A stretch of 39,227 nt of DNA from Comamonadaceae bacterium. Its GTDB lineage: Bacteria > Pseudomonadota > Gammaproteobacteria > Burkholderiales > Burkholderiaceae_C. The position numbers and the translations under genes are program-made. Below the pieces are notes generated by a model, which saw only the letters and a list, made by a program, of their open reading frames with translations, had not been told where the DNA came from and made no database searches. The stretch is from positions 1-39,227 of the forward strand of contig CANHKH010000001.1 of the NCBI GenBank assembly GCA_947460165.1, written 5' to 3'. Positions 8,407 to 24,694 of this stretch are shown here, piece by piece (positions within the stretch are counted from its first letter, which is position 1; every line of letters begins with the position of its first letter).

Positions 8407-8448
8407 TGTTTTACGCTTGACACATCAATGTGTCAATAAAGAATGACA
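8407..8448 (-). promoter_or_regulatory. bchG promoter with two perfect PpsR/CrtJ boxes
   Basis: TGT-N12-ACA at 8407-8424 and 8431-8448. On the minus strand, TTGACA(8436-8431)-17 nt-TAAAAC(8413-8408). Confidence 0.85.
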
Positions 8449-8613
8449 CTTAGTGGTGAAAAACATCCATGGGGTGATGCGTCAGGAGATGTCAGAATCC
8501 TTGAAATCCAGGGCAGAGCGGCTGATGCGGCCCGGCGAAACCCTCGCCGGGGCGCAGCAAAAATGCAAAACGCCCGGCAAGCCGAGCGTTTCAGAGTGCT
8601 TCAGGGCAAAGCT

Positions 8614-10080
8614 TCAGTGCGCATCTTCGGCGGCACCGCCCCCGCTGTCACCGATGCCAAAGCGACGCAGCTTGATGTACAGGCTTTGGCGCGACAGGCC
8701 CAGCATTTCTGCGGCAGAGGCTCGGTTGTCGCCGGTCAGCTCCAGCGCCGCTTCAATGCAGAGCTGCTCAATCAGGTCCGTGGTTTCACGCACGATGTCC
8801 TTGAGCGGAAGCCGTCCGACCAACTCGGTCATCTGGCTGGCCGAGCGTGGAAGGTCTTTGCTGCCCCGCGTGTCGTTGGTCAGGCGGCGACCCATGTCGC
8901 GGATGGTAAAGCCCAGGCATTGCTGGTCGCCGGTGGTCACTGACACGGCAGAAATTTCGACTTCGGTGTTTGAACCCAATTCGCCCCGCATTTGCGTGGC
9001 AAACAGCCGCACCGCACCATGCTGGCGCAGGTTGGACACCAGGACTCGGAAGTCAACGCCCGTTCGGCCCAGCCATTTGTCGAGCATGGCGCCGCGGGCT
9101 TGCTCTTCGCTGGTGAGCTGACCGAGGTCTAAAAACGCGCGGTTGACGCTCAGAATATGGCCATCCAAATCAGTGACAACCAAAGCGTCTGGTGCACTGT
9201 CCATGACTTGCAGCAGCTGCTGCTTGCCCGTGGTGGCCATGGGCGCTGACTGGCCTTGCAGGCGCGAAAAGCGCAGCAGGAAGTGCAGGGTGTTTTCTTG
9301 GCGGAATTGCGACGCGGTGACCGTGAAATCACTCCCATCGGTCAGCCGCACTGACACGCTGTCCGAGCGGCCCGTGGCGCGCAGGCGATCCAGCATTTGG
9401 CTGAGCAAGAGGAAGCTGGAGGGACGCAGGCTCTCGCTCAGAGTCCAGCCTGGGCGTTTGGATTTTTCACCAAAGAGCTCGTGCGCCGCAGGATTGGCTT
9501 CTTCGAGCTTGTCGATGTCACCGTTCAAAATCAGCACGGGCTCGGTGGCCATCTGGAACAGCAGGCGGTAGCGTGTTTCGACCTGCCGCAGACGCCAGTA
9601 GTCGCGCTCCAGCGACATTTGGGCCGTGACCAAGCGCTGCTGCAGCGCCATTTGTGCGCGCAGGTCGCGGCCAAAGGCCAATGAGTGGGTGATTGCGCTG
9701 CCAGCGCTTTGACCCTTGCGGCGAACTGGCACCACCGAGTAAGACAAGGGCAAGTCCTGGGCCCCTTCCACGGGGTGGTTGACCTGGCGCCAGCGAACGC
9801 CTTCGCCTGTGAGCGAGTCTTTGAGCAGCGCTTGAACCTTGACTTGACTCTCCACCGTGACCGTTTGGGCCCAGTTTTTACCCAACCAATCCTGGCAACC
9901 TTTGCTGATCAGCTCGTCGCCGCCAAAAGCCATGTCGCGTATGACGCCTTGGACATCGAGCACCAGCACCACATCAGCTGCGGCGGTGATCAACTCGGCG
10001 GCAGACTCGGCGTCCAAATCGGAAAGGAACTGACCCGGCAATTCAAAATGCCTTTCAATAGAGTCCTGTGTGCCTTGCAT
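8614..10080 (-). CDS. ppsR: PAS-domain photosynthesis repressor PpsR/CrtJ
   Basis: PAS repeats, Q-linker LQQRLV.AQ.SLERDY, and C-terminal HTH IEQLCIEAALELTGDNRASAAEMLGLSRQSLY with the conserved Cys. Confidence 0.97.
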   Translation of the reverse strand: MQGTQDSIERHFELPGQFLSDLDAESAAELITAAADVVLVLDVQGVIRDMAFGGDELISKGCQDWLGKNWAQTVTVESQVKVQALLKDSLTGEGVRWRQVNHPVEGAQDLPLSYSVVPVRRKGQSAGSAITHSLAFGRDLRAQMALQQRLVTAQMSLERDYWRLRQVETRYRLLFQMATEPVLILNGDIDKLEEANPAAHELFGEKSKRPGWTLSESLRPSSFLLLSQMLDRLRATGRSDSVSVRLTDGSDFTVTASQFRQENTLHFLLRFSRLQGQSAPMATTGKQQLLQVMDSAPDALVVTDLDGHILSVNRAFLDLGQLTSEEQARGAMLDKWLGRTGVDFRVLVSNLRQHGAVRLFATQMRGELGSNTEVEISAVSVTTGDQQCLGFTIRDMGRRLTNDTRGSKDLPRSASQMTELVGRLPLKDIVRETTDLIEQLCIEAALELTGDNRASAAEMLGLSRQSLYIKLRRFGIGDSGGGAAEDAH

Positions 10081-10133
10081 GGAGAGTTCGAAGCCTGGAT
10101 GGGTGAGTGTGGTGGTGATAGTGTGCTTGTGGC

Positions 10134-11036
10134 TCAGGCCTGTAGGTTTGAATGGGCCACCAACTGGGCGGCCAATTCTGGGGCGTCTTTGCCATTGGTG
10201 ATGATGGCATCGGCGTGAATTTCATTTGCGTACTCTGGGTGTGCCACGAACAAAGGACCGCCCACAATGATGGTGATCCGCCTGTTCATGCTGGACTTGC
10301 GCACGTTTTGCATGATTTGTGAAAGGCGGGGCAGGTTGGCTTCGACGCCCAGTGAAAAACCCATCACGTCGAACCAGTCTTTTTGCGCCAGGGTCTGGGC
10401 ATTCAACTGCGGGTCGGATGAAAAGTCGGTGCTGACGTCCCAGCCCGCGCTGTGAAACAACTCAGCCACCAATGACAGCCCGAAGGTGTGTTGCTCGCCG
10501 GGGCAGGGCAGCAACAAAATGCGAAATACCTGGCCGTCTTCGCGAACCTTGGCGGGCTTGTGGTTGAGGTCCGTGTTGTCACGCAGCAAGCGCTGCAGCC
10601 GGCCCAAAGCCATGGTGACGTCTGTGAACTCGCACAAATCCTGGTCCCAGAGGTCGCCGAGGTGGCGTGCCACGGGGGCGAGCAGGTCCAGAAAAAGGCT
10701 TTGCACAGGCACGCCTTGTTCACGAAACTCATCAATGCGGCCCTGAACTTGCTCGTCCTCTCCACGCAGCACCAGTTGTGCAAATTCCCGCACGTCTTGT
10801 GGCGAGATCTCAGAGAAAGCTTGCTCTGGCATGAAAGTGCATTCGTGGGGCTGCCGGTGCGCCAGCATCAGACGCGGAATGATCTCGTACTCCACCGCTT
10901 GGGCCAGCAACAGTGAGCGCAGCTCGCCGTCCTTGTCTGACTTGGCGACGGCTGGCCATTCGTGCTGAGCATCCGGGCAAGCCGCGTCAAGGGCGGATTG
11001 CGGGGACTTGGTCTCTTGTCGAAAAAATGAGCCCAT
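10134..11036 (-). CDS. ppaA: cobalamin-binding antirepressor PpaA/AerR
   Basis: EIIPRL, LLAPVARHLG.LW..D.C.F.DVT..LGRLQ, B12 motif PGEQHTFGL, IVGGP. Start uncertain: in-frame ATGs at 11210, 11075 and 11036. Confidence 0.92.
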   Translation of the reverse strand: MGSFFRQETKSPQSALDAACPDAQHEWPAVAKSDKDGELRSLLLAQAVEYEIIPRLMLAHRQPHECTFMPEQAFSEISPQDVREFAQLVLRGEDEQVQGRIDEFREQGVPVQSLFLDLLAPVARHLGDLWDQDLCEFTDVTMALGRLQRLLRDNTDLNHKPAKVREDGQVFRILLLPCPGEQHTFGLSLVAELFHSAGWDVSTDFSSDPQLNAQTLAQKDWFDVMGFSLGVEANLPRLSQIMQNVRKSSMNRRITIIVGGPLFVAHPEYANEIHADAIITNGKDAPELAAQLVAHSNLQA

Positions 11037-11216
11037 CTCTGTTTCCTGGCGCCTTGGCGCGCTTATTTTCCCCATCGTTGTCGACCGCAGCTTCTGCCGC
11101 AGCGCACTACGACACTGGGATTTTTTTTTGATTGAACTCCCCGACCCGGGACATTTGCTCAGCTTGTACCCGCCTACTTGGGAGTCGTCAAATGGTTTGG
11201 ACCTATCCATTTCCCT

Positions 11217-11306
11217 AATGTATACCTAGCGATTGATTGTGTCAATAAAAAAATACGTCAATTTAAGTTGACACATCTTGTGTGGCCGTGTAAATTTACC
11301 CAAACC
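11217..11306. promoter_or_regulatory. divergent ppaA / bchF sigma70-type promoters with near-consensus PpsR boxes
   Basis: Plus strand: TTGACA(11268-73)-17-TAAATT(11291-96). Minus strand: TTGACA(11245-40)-17-TACATT(11222-17). One-mismatch TGT-N12-ACA boxes at 11240-57, 11256-73 and 11289-306. Confidence 0.75.
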
Positions 11307-11331
11307 CAACGAGACACCCAGAGACAAGCCC

Positions 11332-13127
<1,796 letters not shown>

Positions 13128-13136
13128 GCAAACACC

Positions 13137-14703
13137 ATGCAACTTACGCTCTGGACTTACGAAGGACCGCCGCATGTAGGCGCCATGCGCATCGCCACCG
13201 CCATGGAAGGCGTGCACTACGTGCTGCATGCCCCTCAGGGCGACACCTACGCCGACTTGCTGTTCACCATGATTGAGCGCCTGCCCAAGCGCCCACCCGT
13301 GACTTACACCACATTCCAGGCGCGCGACCTGGGGGGTGACACGGCCGAACTCTTCAAAACCGCCGCCCGCGAGGCTTTTGAGCGCTTCAAGCCCCAGGCC
13401 ATGATGGTGGGCGCATCTTGCACGGCTGAGCTCATTCAAGACGACCCGGGCGGCTTGTGCAAGGCGCTGGACCTGCCGGTGCCCGTGGTGGCGCTGGAGC
13501 TGCCGTCTTACCAGCGCAAGGAAAACTGGGGCGCTTCAGAAACCTTCTACCAAATGGTGCGCCACCTTGCTGGCGCCCCGGCTCTGGCTGAAGCGCGCCC
13601 GGCGCGGCCAGCGGGCAGCCGGCCGAGCTGCAATATTTTGGGTCCCACGGCGCTGGGTTTTAGGCACCGCGATGACCTTCAGGAAATCAGCGCCCTGCTT
13701 GAGAAAATTGGCGTGGCCATCAACGTGGTCGCGCCCCTGGGCGCTTCGCCGGCCGACTTGGCCCGCTTGCATGAGGCCGACTTCAATGTGGTGCTCTACC
13801 CTGAAATTGGCTCGGTGGCCGCGCAGTGGCTGCAGCGCCAATACCGACAGCCGTCCACCCGCACTGTGCCCATAGGCGTGCACGCCACGCGTGACTTCAT
13901 TGCCGAGGTGGGCCAGTTGGCCGGTATTGATGTCCAAGCCTTGCTGGCCCAGACGCAGGCGCGTGCCGATTGGTATGCCAAGTCGGTGGACTCGACCTAC
14001 CTGACCGGCAAGCGCGTGTTTGTGTTTGGCGATGCCAGCCATGTGGTGGCTGCCGCCCGGGTGGCGGCCACAGAAATGGGTTTCACGGTTGTTGGCATGG
14101 GCACCTACAGCCGCGAACATGCGCGCGAGGTGCGCGAAGCGGCCAAGTTGTATGGCCTGGAAGCGCTGATCACCGACGACTACCTGGAAGTCGAAGAGCG
14201 CATCTCCGAGCTGCAGCCCGAACTGGTGCTGGGCACGCAAATGGAGCGCCACATGGCCAAGCGCCTGGGCGTGCCTTGTGCGGTGATTTCAGCGCCCGTG
14301 CATGTGCAAGATTTCCCGGCCCGCTACTCCCCGCAAATGGGCTTTGAAGGCGCCAACGTGTTGTTTGACACCTGGGTGCACCCATTGATGATGGGGCTGG
14401 AAGAGCATTTGATAGGCATGTTCCGCGGCGACGCTGAGTTCCATGAAGACGCTGCCCCCTCGCACCTGGGCGGCGCCGTGCGTCCTCAGGTCGCCGCCGA
14501 TGCCGCGCCAGCCCAGCCGCTGCCGGCTGCTGTACAGAACCTGGACCCGGTCCCAGCCCCTGCGGTCAGTGCTTGCACCTGGGACCCCGTGGCCGAGAAA
14601 GAACTGAAAAAAATACCGTTTTTCGTGCGTGGCAAAGCGCGCCGAAACACCGAACGCTTTGCCAGCGGGCGCGGCATATCGGTGATCACGGTGGAGACAC
14701 TTT

Positions 14704-14729
<26 letters not shown>
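13137..14729 (+). CDS. bchB: dark-operative protochlorophyllide reductase subunit B
   Basis: [32 protein letters not shown], and C-terminal domain W...[21 protein letters not shown]. Confidence 0.98.
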
Positions 14730-19400
<4,671 letters not shown>

Positions 19401-19411
19401 GAGACACCGCC

Positions 19412-20131
19412 ATGAACAGCACCGGGTACCTGCAACGACGCGGCGAAATTGAAAATTATTTTGACCGCACTGCGGCCAAAGCCTGGGAGCGCTTGACCTC
19501 CAACGCACCGCTGGGCCGCATCCGCACCAGCGTGCGCGCTGGGCGCGACCAGATGCGTGCCACCTTGCTGTCTTGGTTGCCGACCGACATGCGCGGCCTG
19601 CGTCTCTTGGATGCCGGATGCGGCACCGGCGCCCTGGCGGCCGAAGCCATGGCCCGCGGCGCCCAGGTGCTGGCGATCGATTTGTCGCCGACCTTGGTCA
19701 AACTGGCGGCCGAGCGGCACGCCGAGCAATTGGCCAGCACGAACATAGGCGCCCAAGGCGGGCACATTGATTTTCGATCGGGCGACATGCTCGATGCCGC
19801 GCTGGGGCATTTCGATCATGTGGTGGGCATGGATTCCTTGATTCATTACGACACGCCAGACATGGTCCAGGCCGTCGAGCGTCTGGCCGAGCGCACCCGC
19901 AGTTCGGTGCTGTTCACTTTTGCGCCGCGCACACCATTGCTTGCGGCCATGCATGGCATGGGCCGGTTTTTCCCGCGCAGCGACCGCTCGCCTTCATTGA
20001 CGCCGGTGTCTGAGCCCGTGCTGCGCCAGGGCTTGCGCAACGGCATTGGCCCCAAGGGCTGGCAAGAAGGCCGCACACAGCGCATCGTCAGCGGCTTTTA
20101 CACCTCGCAGGCGTGGGAGTGGCAGCGTTGA
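19412..20131 (+). CDS. bchM: Mg-protoporphyrin IX methyltransferase
   Basis: YFDRTA..AWERLTS, LLDAGCGTG SAM motif, MDSLIHY, FTFAPRTPLL, SGFYTSQA.E. Confidence 0.97.
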   Translation: MNSTGYLQRRGEIENYFDRTAAKAWERLTSNAPLGRIRTSVRAGRDQMRATLLSWLPTDMRGLRLLDAGCGTGALAAEAMARGAQVLAIDLSPTLVKLAAERHAEQLASTNIGAQGGHIDFRSGDMLDAALGHFDHVVGMDSLIHYDTPDMVQAVERLAERTRSSVLFTFAPRTPLLAAMHGMGRFFPRSDRSPSLTPVSEPVLRQGLRNGIGPKGWQEGRTQRIVSGFYTSQAWEWQR

Positions 20132-21552
20132 TCAAATTACCTGCATCGGTCACGGCGAGGCTGGCGGCGCTGGCGGCGCGCTACGTGCCCTTTGCCGATG
20201 CGGCCTCGCACGAGCTGCCGCTGGACCGCTTGCTGCGCTTGTCCTTGTTCCAGGTGGCCATTGGCATGGCCATGGCTTTGCTGGTCGGTACCTTGAACCG
20301 CGTGATGATTGTGGAGCTGGGCGTGCCGGCCTGGTGGGTGGCCCTGTCGGTGGCGCTGCCGCTGGTGTTTGCGCCGCTGCGCGCCTTTATTGGCTACCGC
20401 AGCGACACCCATCCTTCGGCCTTGGGCCTCAAGCGCCTGCCTTATTTGTGGATGGGCAACTTGCTGATGTTTGCCGGCCTGGCCATCATGCCTTTTGCCT
20501 TGTTGCTGCTGTCGGACCCGCCCGAGGGCACGGTCTGGGTCGGTCGCACAGGCGCGGCGCTGGCGTTTTTGCTGGTGGGCGCAGGCATGCAAGTGACGCA
20601 GACCGCCGGCATGGCCCTGGCCAGCGATGTGGCGCCGCAAGACAAACGCCCGCGTGTGGTGGCCATGCTCTACAGCGCCATGCTGGTCGGTTTGGTGCTG
20701 GGCAGTGGGCTGCTGGGCTGGCTGCTGGCCGACTTCAGCCCCACGCGCCTGGTGCAGGTGGTGCAGGGCGCTGCAGTGCTGGTGGCGGTGCTCAACATCA
20801 CCTCTTTGTGGAAGCAAGAAGCCCGCGGCGCCCGGCGCGGTGCGCGTGAGCCGAACGGCTTTTCACACAATTGGGCGCGGCTGATGCAAATTCCCAAAAT
20901 GCGGCGCTTTTTGTGGACGGTGGGCCTGGGTACGGCGGCATTCAGCATGCAAGACATCGTGCTTGAGCCCTTTGGCGGCGAGGTGCTGCATTTGGGCGTG
21001 GGCCTGACCAGCTCGCTCACTGCGCTGAGTGCAGGCGGCGCGCTGCTGGCCTTTATCTTGTCGGCCGGTGCGGTCTCGCGTGGCCTGGACAGCTGCCGCC
21101 TGGCCGCCTTGGGCGCGCTCTTGGGCCTGCCGGCTTTTGCCTGCGTGATTTTCTCGGCGCCGCTGGAGTCGGCCAATTTGTTTCGCTGTGGTGCGGCGCT
21201 GATTGGATTTTCGGGCGGGCTGTTTTCGGTGGGCATGTTGCTCAGCGCCATGGAACTGCCCGAGCGCGAACTCACCGGCATGGTGCTGGGCGCCTGGGGT
21301 GCGGTGCAGGCCACGGCTGCGGGTCTGGCCATGGCTGCTGGCGGCGTGCTGCGCGACCTGGTGAGCCACTTGGCCCAGTCCGGCTGGCTGGGACCGGTCC
21401 TCAATACACCCGCCACCGGTTACAGCTTTGTCTTTCACCTGGAAATTTACCTGCTCTTCGTGGTGCTGATTGCTCTGGGGCCGCTGGTGCGCCGCAGCAC
21501 ATCGCGAGTCCCTTCCCACCAACCCCTTGGCCTGGCCGAACTGCCGGGCTGA
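20128..21552 (+). CDS. lhaA: LH1 assembly protein LhaA (PucC family)
   Basis: PFADAAS.ELPL.RLLRLSLFQV, GTLNRVMIVEL, QDIVLEP.GG; located between bchM and puhA. Start TTG 20128 (overlaps the bchM stop) or GTG 20113. Confidence 0.95.
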   Translation: MIKLPASVTARLAALAARYVPFADAASHELPLDRLLRLSLFQVAIGMAMALLVGTLNRVMIVELGVPAWWVALSVALPLVFAPLRAFIGYRSDTHPSALGLKRLPYLWMGNLLMFAGLAIMPFALLLLSDPPEGTVWVGRTGAALAFLLVGAGMQVTQTAGMALASDVAPQDKRPRVVAMLYSAMLVGLVLGSGLLGWLLADFSPTRLVQVVQGAAVLVAVLNITSLWKQEARGARRGAREPNGFSHNWARLMQIPKMRRFLWTVGLGTAAFSMQDIVLEPFGGEVLHLGVGLTSSLTALSAGGALLAFILSAGAVSRGLDSCRLAALGALLGLPAFACVIFSAPLESANLFRCGAALIGFSGGLFSVGMLLSAMELPERELTGMVLGAWGAVQATAAGLAMAAGGVLRDLVSHLAQSGWLGPVLNTPATGYSFVFHLEIYLLFVVLIALGPLVRRSTSRVPSHQPLGLAELPG

Positions 21553-21589
21553 GTTCACCCATTCCCGTTCCGACTGAAGGAGAAGTTTT

Positions 21590-22351
21590 ATGGAAACTGG
21601 CGCTATCACCCAATACGTCGATGTGGCTCAGCTCGTGCTGTACCTTTTTTGGGCCTTTTTTGCGGGTCTGATTTACTACCTCTTGCGAGAAAACCACCGC
21701 GAGGGCTACCCCATGGACTCTGGCCGTGAAAACGGTCCAAAGATCGAAGGCTGGCCCCCTGTGCCCGAACCCAAGGCCTACAAAATGGCCGATGGCCGCG
21801 AGATGCTCAGCCCCGACCTGCGCCGCGACGATGCTGATTTCTCAGCCCAGCCCTCGCACAGATGGAATGGCGCGCCGCTCGAGCCGGTGGGCAACCCGCT
21901 GCTCGCCGGGGTCGGTCCAGGCGCTTGGTCCAGGCGCGCCGACGAGCCTGACATGCTGCACCACGGTGGCGTCAAGATCGTTCCTTTGCGCGTCACGCCT
22001 GAGCACGGCGTGCACATGAAGGACATAGACCCGCGTGGTCTGCCTGTCTTGGGCGCTGATGGGGAGCTGGCCGGCACCGTGGCCGACCTCTGGATAGACC
22101 AGGCTGAAATTTTGTTCCGCTACCTCGAGGTGGCCTTGCCCAACGGCAAATCCGTGCTGCTGCCCTTTAACTTTGCTTACGTGAGCAAAGCCGCGGTGCG
22201 CGTCAAGGCGGTGTTGGCCTCGCAGTTTGCGCAAGTGCCGGCCTTGCGTCACCCAGAGCAGGTCACGCTGCTGGAAGAAGAAAAAATCATGGCCTACTAC
22301 GGCGCGGGCATGTTGTACGCCACCCCTGGCCGCCAGGAGCCGCTGTTGTGA
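21590..22351 (+). CDS. puhA: reaction centre H subunit
   Basis: METGAITQYVDVAQLVLYLFW.FFAGLIYYL.RE..REGYP, GNPLLAGVGPG, PRC barrel, VTLLEEEKI.AYYGAG. SD GAAGGAG upstream. Confidence 0.98.
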   Translation: METGAITQYVDVAQLVLYLFWAFFAGLIYYLLRENHREGYPMDSGRENGPKIEGWPPVPEPKAYKMADGREMLSPDLRRDDADFSAQPSHRWNGAPLEPVGNPLLAGVGPGAWSRRADEPDMLHHGGVKIVPLRVTPEHGVHMKDIDPRGLPVLGADGELAGTVADLWIDQAEILFRYLEVALPNGKSVLLPFNFAYVSKAAVRVKAVLASQFAQVPALRHPEQVTLLEEEKIMAYYGAGMLYATPGRQEPLL

Positions 22352-23007
22352 CGGTGCAGCACGAGCACGAGTTCGAGGCCGCCCCCGGGCTGCCCGAAAA
22401 GCTGCCTGCCAACGAGCACATTCTCTGGCAGGGCGCGCCCGATTGGTGGCAGTTGGCCGTGCATGCCCTGCATGTGAGGAAGCTGGCGTTTTACTTTGCA
22501 GGCATGCTGGCCGTGCAGGCCGCCTTTTTGCAGGCCGATGGCCAAGCGCTGGTGGCCTCGCTGGCGCTGAGCGCTGGCCTGGCCAGCTTGGCCTTGGGGC
22601 TGCTGGCGCTGACAGCCTGGTTCTCTGCCAGCACCACGCTCTATACCCTGACCAACCGCCGCGTGGTCATGCGCGTGGGCATTGTGCTGACGCTCACCTT
22701 CAATTTACCGCTGCGCCAGATTGCCGGTGCGTCCTTCAAAGCCCAAGGTGCCGACTGTGGCGACATTGCCCTGGCCTTGAAGGGCTCTGACCGCATTGCC
22801 TGGGCTCACCTGTGGCCGCATGCCCGCCCTTGGGCGCTGCGCCGGCCGGAACCCACGCTGCGCTGCGTGCCAGGCGCACACGCGCTGGGCGCGCTGATTG
22901 TGCGCACCTGGAAAGAGGCCAATCCCGGCGTGAACTTGGCCACGAATGCGGCCGACACGACCTCCACCCCCACCTCGGTGGCTCCACACCACCCTGCCAC
23001 CGTCTGA
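22348..23007 (+). CDS. puhB: photosynthetic complex assembly protein PuhB
   Basis: EHEFE..PGLPE.LP..E.ILWQG.P, YTLTNRRVVMR.GI.L, LWPHARPW....PEPTLR. GTGA overlap with puhA. Confidence 0.95.
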   Translation: MTVQHEHEFEAAPGLPEKLPANEHILWQGAPDWWQLAVHALHVRKLAFYFAGMLAVQAAFLQADGQALVASLALSAGLASLALGLLALTAWFSASTTLYTLTNRRVVMRVGIVLTLTFNLPLRQIAGASFKAQGADCGDIALALKGSDRIAWAHLWPHARPWALRRPEPTLRCVPGAHALGALIVRTWKEANPGVNLATNAADTTSTPTSVAPHHPATV

Positions 23008-23009
23008 GC

Positions 23010-23540
23010 ATGTCACGCACACCGCACACCACTTTGTCTGAGGCCAGCCGCATGTCGGTGGCGCCCGGCCTGCCGGGCACCCGTCCGTGGATGGCCTGGC
23101 TGCTGGGCCTGGCCGTGGTCTGTGCCGTCTTGGGCACGGCCTGGCAGCGCTTTGCTGGCGAGCCCCTGAGTGACCAAGCCGGCCCGGTGCAGTGGCAACG
23201 CAGCCTGCACTTTGCAGACCGAGCCAACGGCGACATCGCGGTGCTCGACGCCGCCAGCGGCCTGGAGGTGGCTCATTTTCAAGGTGAGCAAGGCTTTGTG
23301 CGCGGTGCCCTGCGCTCGCTGGCACGCGAACGCAGGCGCTCTGGTTTGGGACCCGAGCAGCCCTTTGAATTGATGGGCCACACCAATGGCCGCATCACCT
23401 TGCGCGACCCGGCCACTGGCATGCGCCTGAACCTTGAATCCTTTGGCCCCACCAATGCGGCCAACTTCTCTCGCCTTCAATCGGCCAGCCCAGCCGCACC
23501 GGCTACATTTGTGACGCCTGTCACCCAAGGAAAATCATGA
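23010..23540 (+). CDS. puhC: photosynthetic complex assembly protein PuhC
   Basis: [42 protein letters not shown]. Start at 23010 or 23052. Confidence 0.94.
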   Translation: MSRTPHTTLSEASRMSVAPGLPGTRPWMAWLLGLAVVCAVLGTAWQRFAGEPLSDQAGPVQWQRSLHFADRANGDIAVLDAASGLEVAHFQGEQGFVRGALRSLARERRRSGLGPEQPFELMGHTNGRITLRDPATGMRLNLESFGPTNAANFSRLQSASPAAPATFVTPVTQGKS

Positions 23541-24652
23541 GCAATCACACCAGCACCCTGGACCACGATCCCTTGGCCCACCTGATGGACCGCATTGAGA
23601 GCTCGGAAGATGCGATTGCCAAGGCCAAGACCAACACCGTCTTGTCGCCACGTTTTTACACCACCGACTTCGCCGCCATGGACCGCTTGGATGTGTCATC
23701 CGTGCGCGCCGAATGGGACGCCATGATGAAGGAGTACGAGGGCGACAACAACCACGACCACTTCCAGCGCGATGCGAGCTTTGCAGAAGAGGTGCGCACC
23801 CTCATGCCGCAGCTCTCGCCGGAGATGCGCCAAGAGTTTCTGGACTTTCTCGTCAGCTCCCTGACCTCCGAGTTCTCTGGCTGCATCCTCTACAACGAGA
23901 TCCGCAAGAACATCTCCAACCCCGACATCAAGCAACTGATGACCTACATGGCCCGCGATGAATCGCGGCATGCCGGTTTCATCAACCAGTCGCTCAAGGA
24001 TTTCAACTTGGGCATAGACCTGGGCAGCTTGAAGCGCACCAAGTCCTACACTTACTTCAAGCCCAAGTACATCTTTTACGCGACCTACCTGTCCGAGAAA
24101 ATCGGCTACGCGCGCTACATCACCATCTACCGGCAACTCGAGCGCCACCCCGACAAGCGTTTTCACCCCATCTTTCGCTGGTTCGAGCGCTGGTGCAACG
24201 ACGAATTCCGCCATGGCGAGTCTTTTGCGCTCATCATGCGCGCGCAACCCGAACTGCTGCGGGGCGCCAACAAACTGTGGATACGCTTTTTCATCCTGGC
24301 GGTGTACGCCACCATGTATGTGCGCGACCACACCCGGCCGCTGCTGCACCAGGCCATGGGCCTGGACTCCAACACCTATGACTACGAGGTGTTTCGCATC
24401 ACGTCCCAGATCTGCCGGCAGGTGTTCCCGGTGGAGGTCGACATTGACAGCCCCGTCTTCCAGGCCTGCCTCCAGCGCCTGCTGCAGCTGTCCCAGAAAA
24501 ACGACCTGGCCAAGGCCCAGGGCGGCCTCTGGGGCAAGCTCAAGAGCGCAGCTTATGCCGCGCAGGCCGCGCTGACCTTTGGCCGCCTCTTTCTGGTGCC
24601 GGTCAAGACGCAGGCCTTGCCAGCCACAGTGCGCTGCGAGCCGGTCTGGTAA
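23537..24652 (+). CDS. acsF: aerobic Mg-protoporphyrin IX monomethyl ester cyclase
   Basis: [10 protein letters not shown], di-iron motifs EFSG / [11 protein letters not shown] / [12 protein letters not shown] / WCNDEFRHG. Confidence 0.98.
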   Translation: MSNHTSTLDHDPLAHLMDRIESSEDAIAKAKTNTVLSPRFYTTDFAAMDRLDVSSVRAEWDAMMKEYEGDNNHDHFQRDASFAEEVRTLMPQLSPEMRQEFLDFLVSSLTSEFSGCILYNEIRKNISNPDIKQLMTYMARDESRHAGFINQSLKDFNLGIDLGSLKRTKSYTYFKPKYIFYATYLSEKIGYARYITIYRQLERHPDKRFHPIFRWFERWCNDEFRHGESFALIMRAQPELLRGANKLWIRFFILAVYATMYVRDHTRPLLHQAMGLDSNTYDYEVFRITSQICRQVFPVEVDIDSPVFQACLQRLLQLSQKNDLAKAQGGLWGKLKSAAYAAQAALTFGRLFLVPVKTQALPATVRCEPVW

Positions 24653-24694
24653 AGCCTTTGTGCCTGACATGTTCCACCCCACCGGCAGTCCAGG

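Noticed and set aside
8531-8551. Hairpin CCCGGCGA/TCGCCGGG between ppsR and bchG as a terminator
   Set aside because: The stem is real, but no U tract follows it on the coding (minus) strand, so a terminator call is unsupported.
11233-11245. FNR-like boxes TTGAT-TGT-GTCAA here and TTGAC-AC-ATCAA at 8417-8428
   Set aside because: The spacers are 3 and 2 nt rather than the 4 nt of TTGAT-N4-ATCAA; both are explained by the -35 and PpsR sequences.
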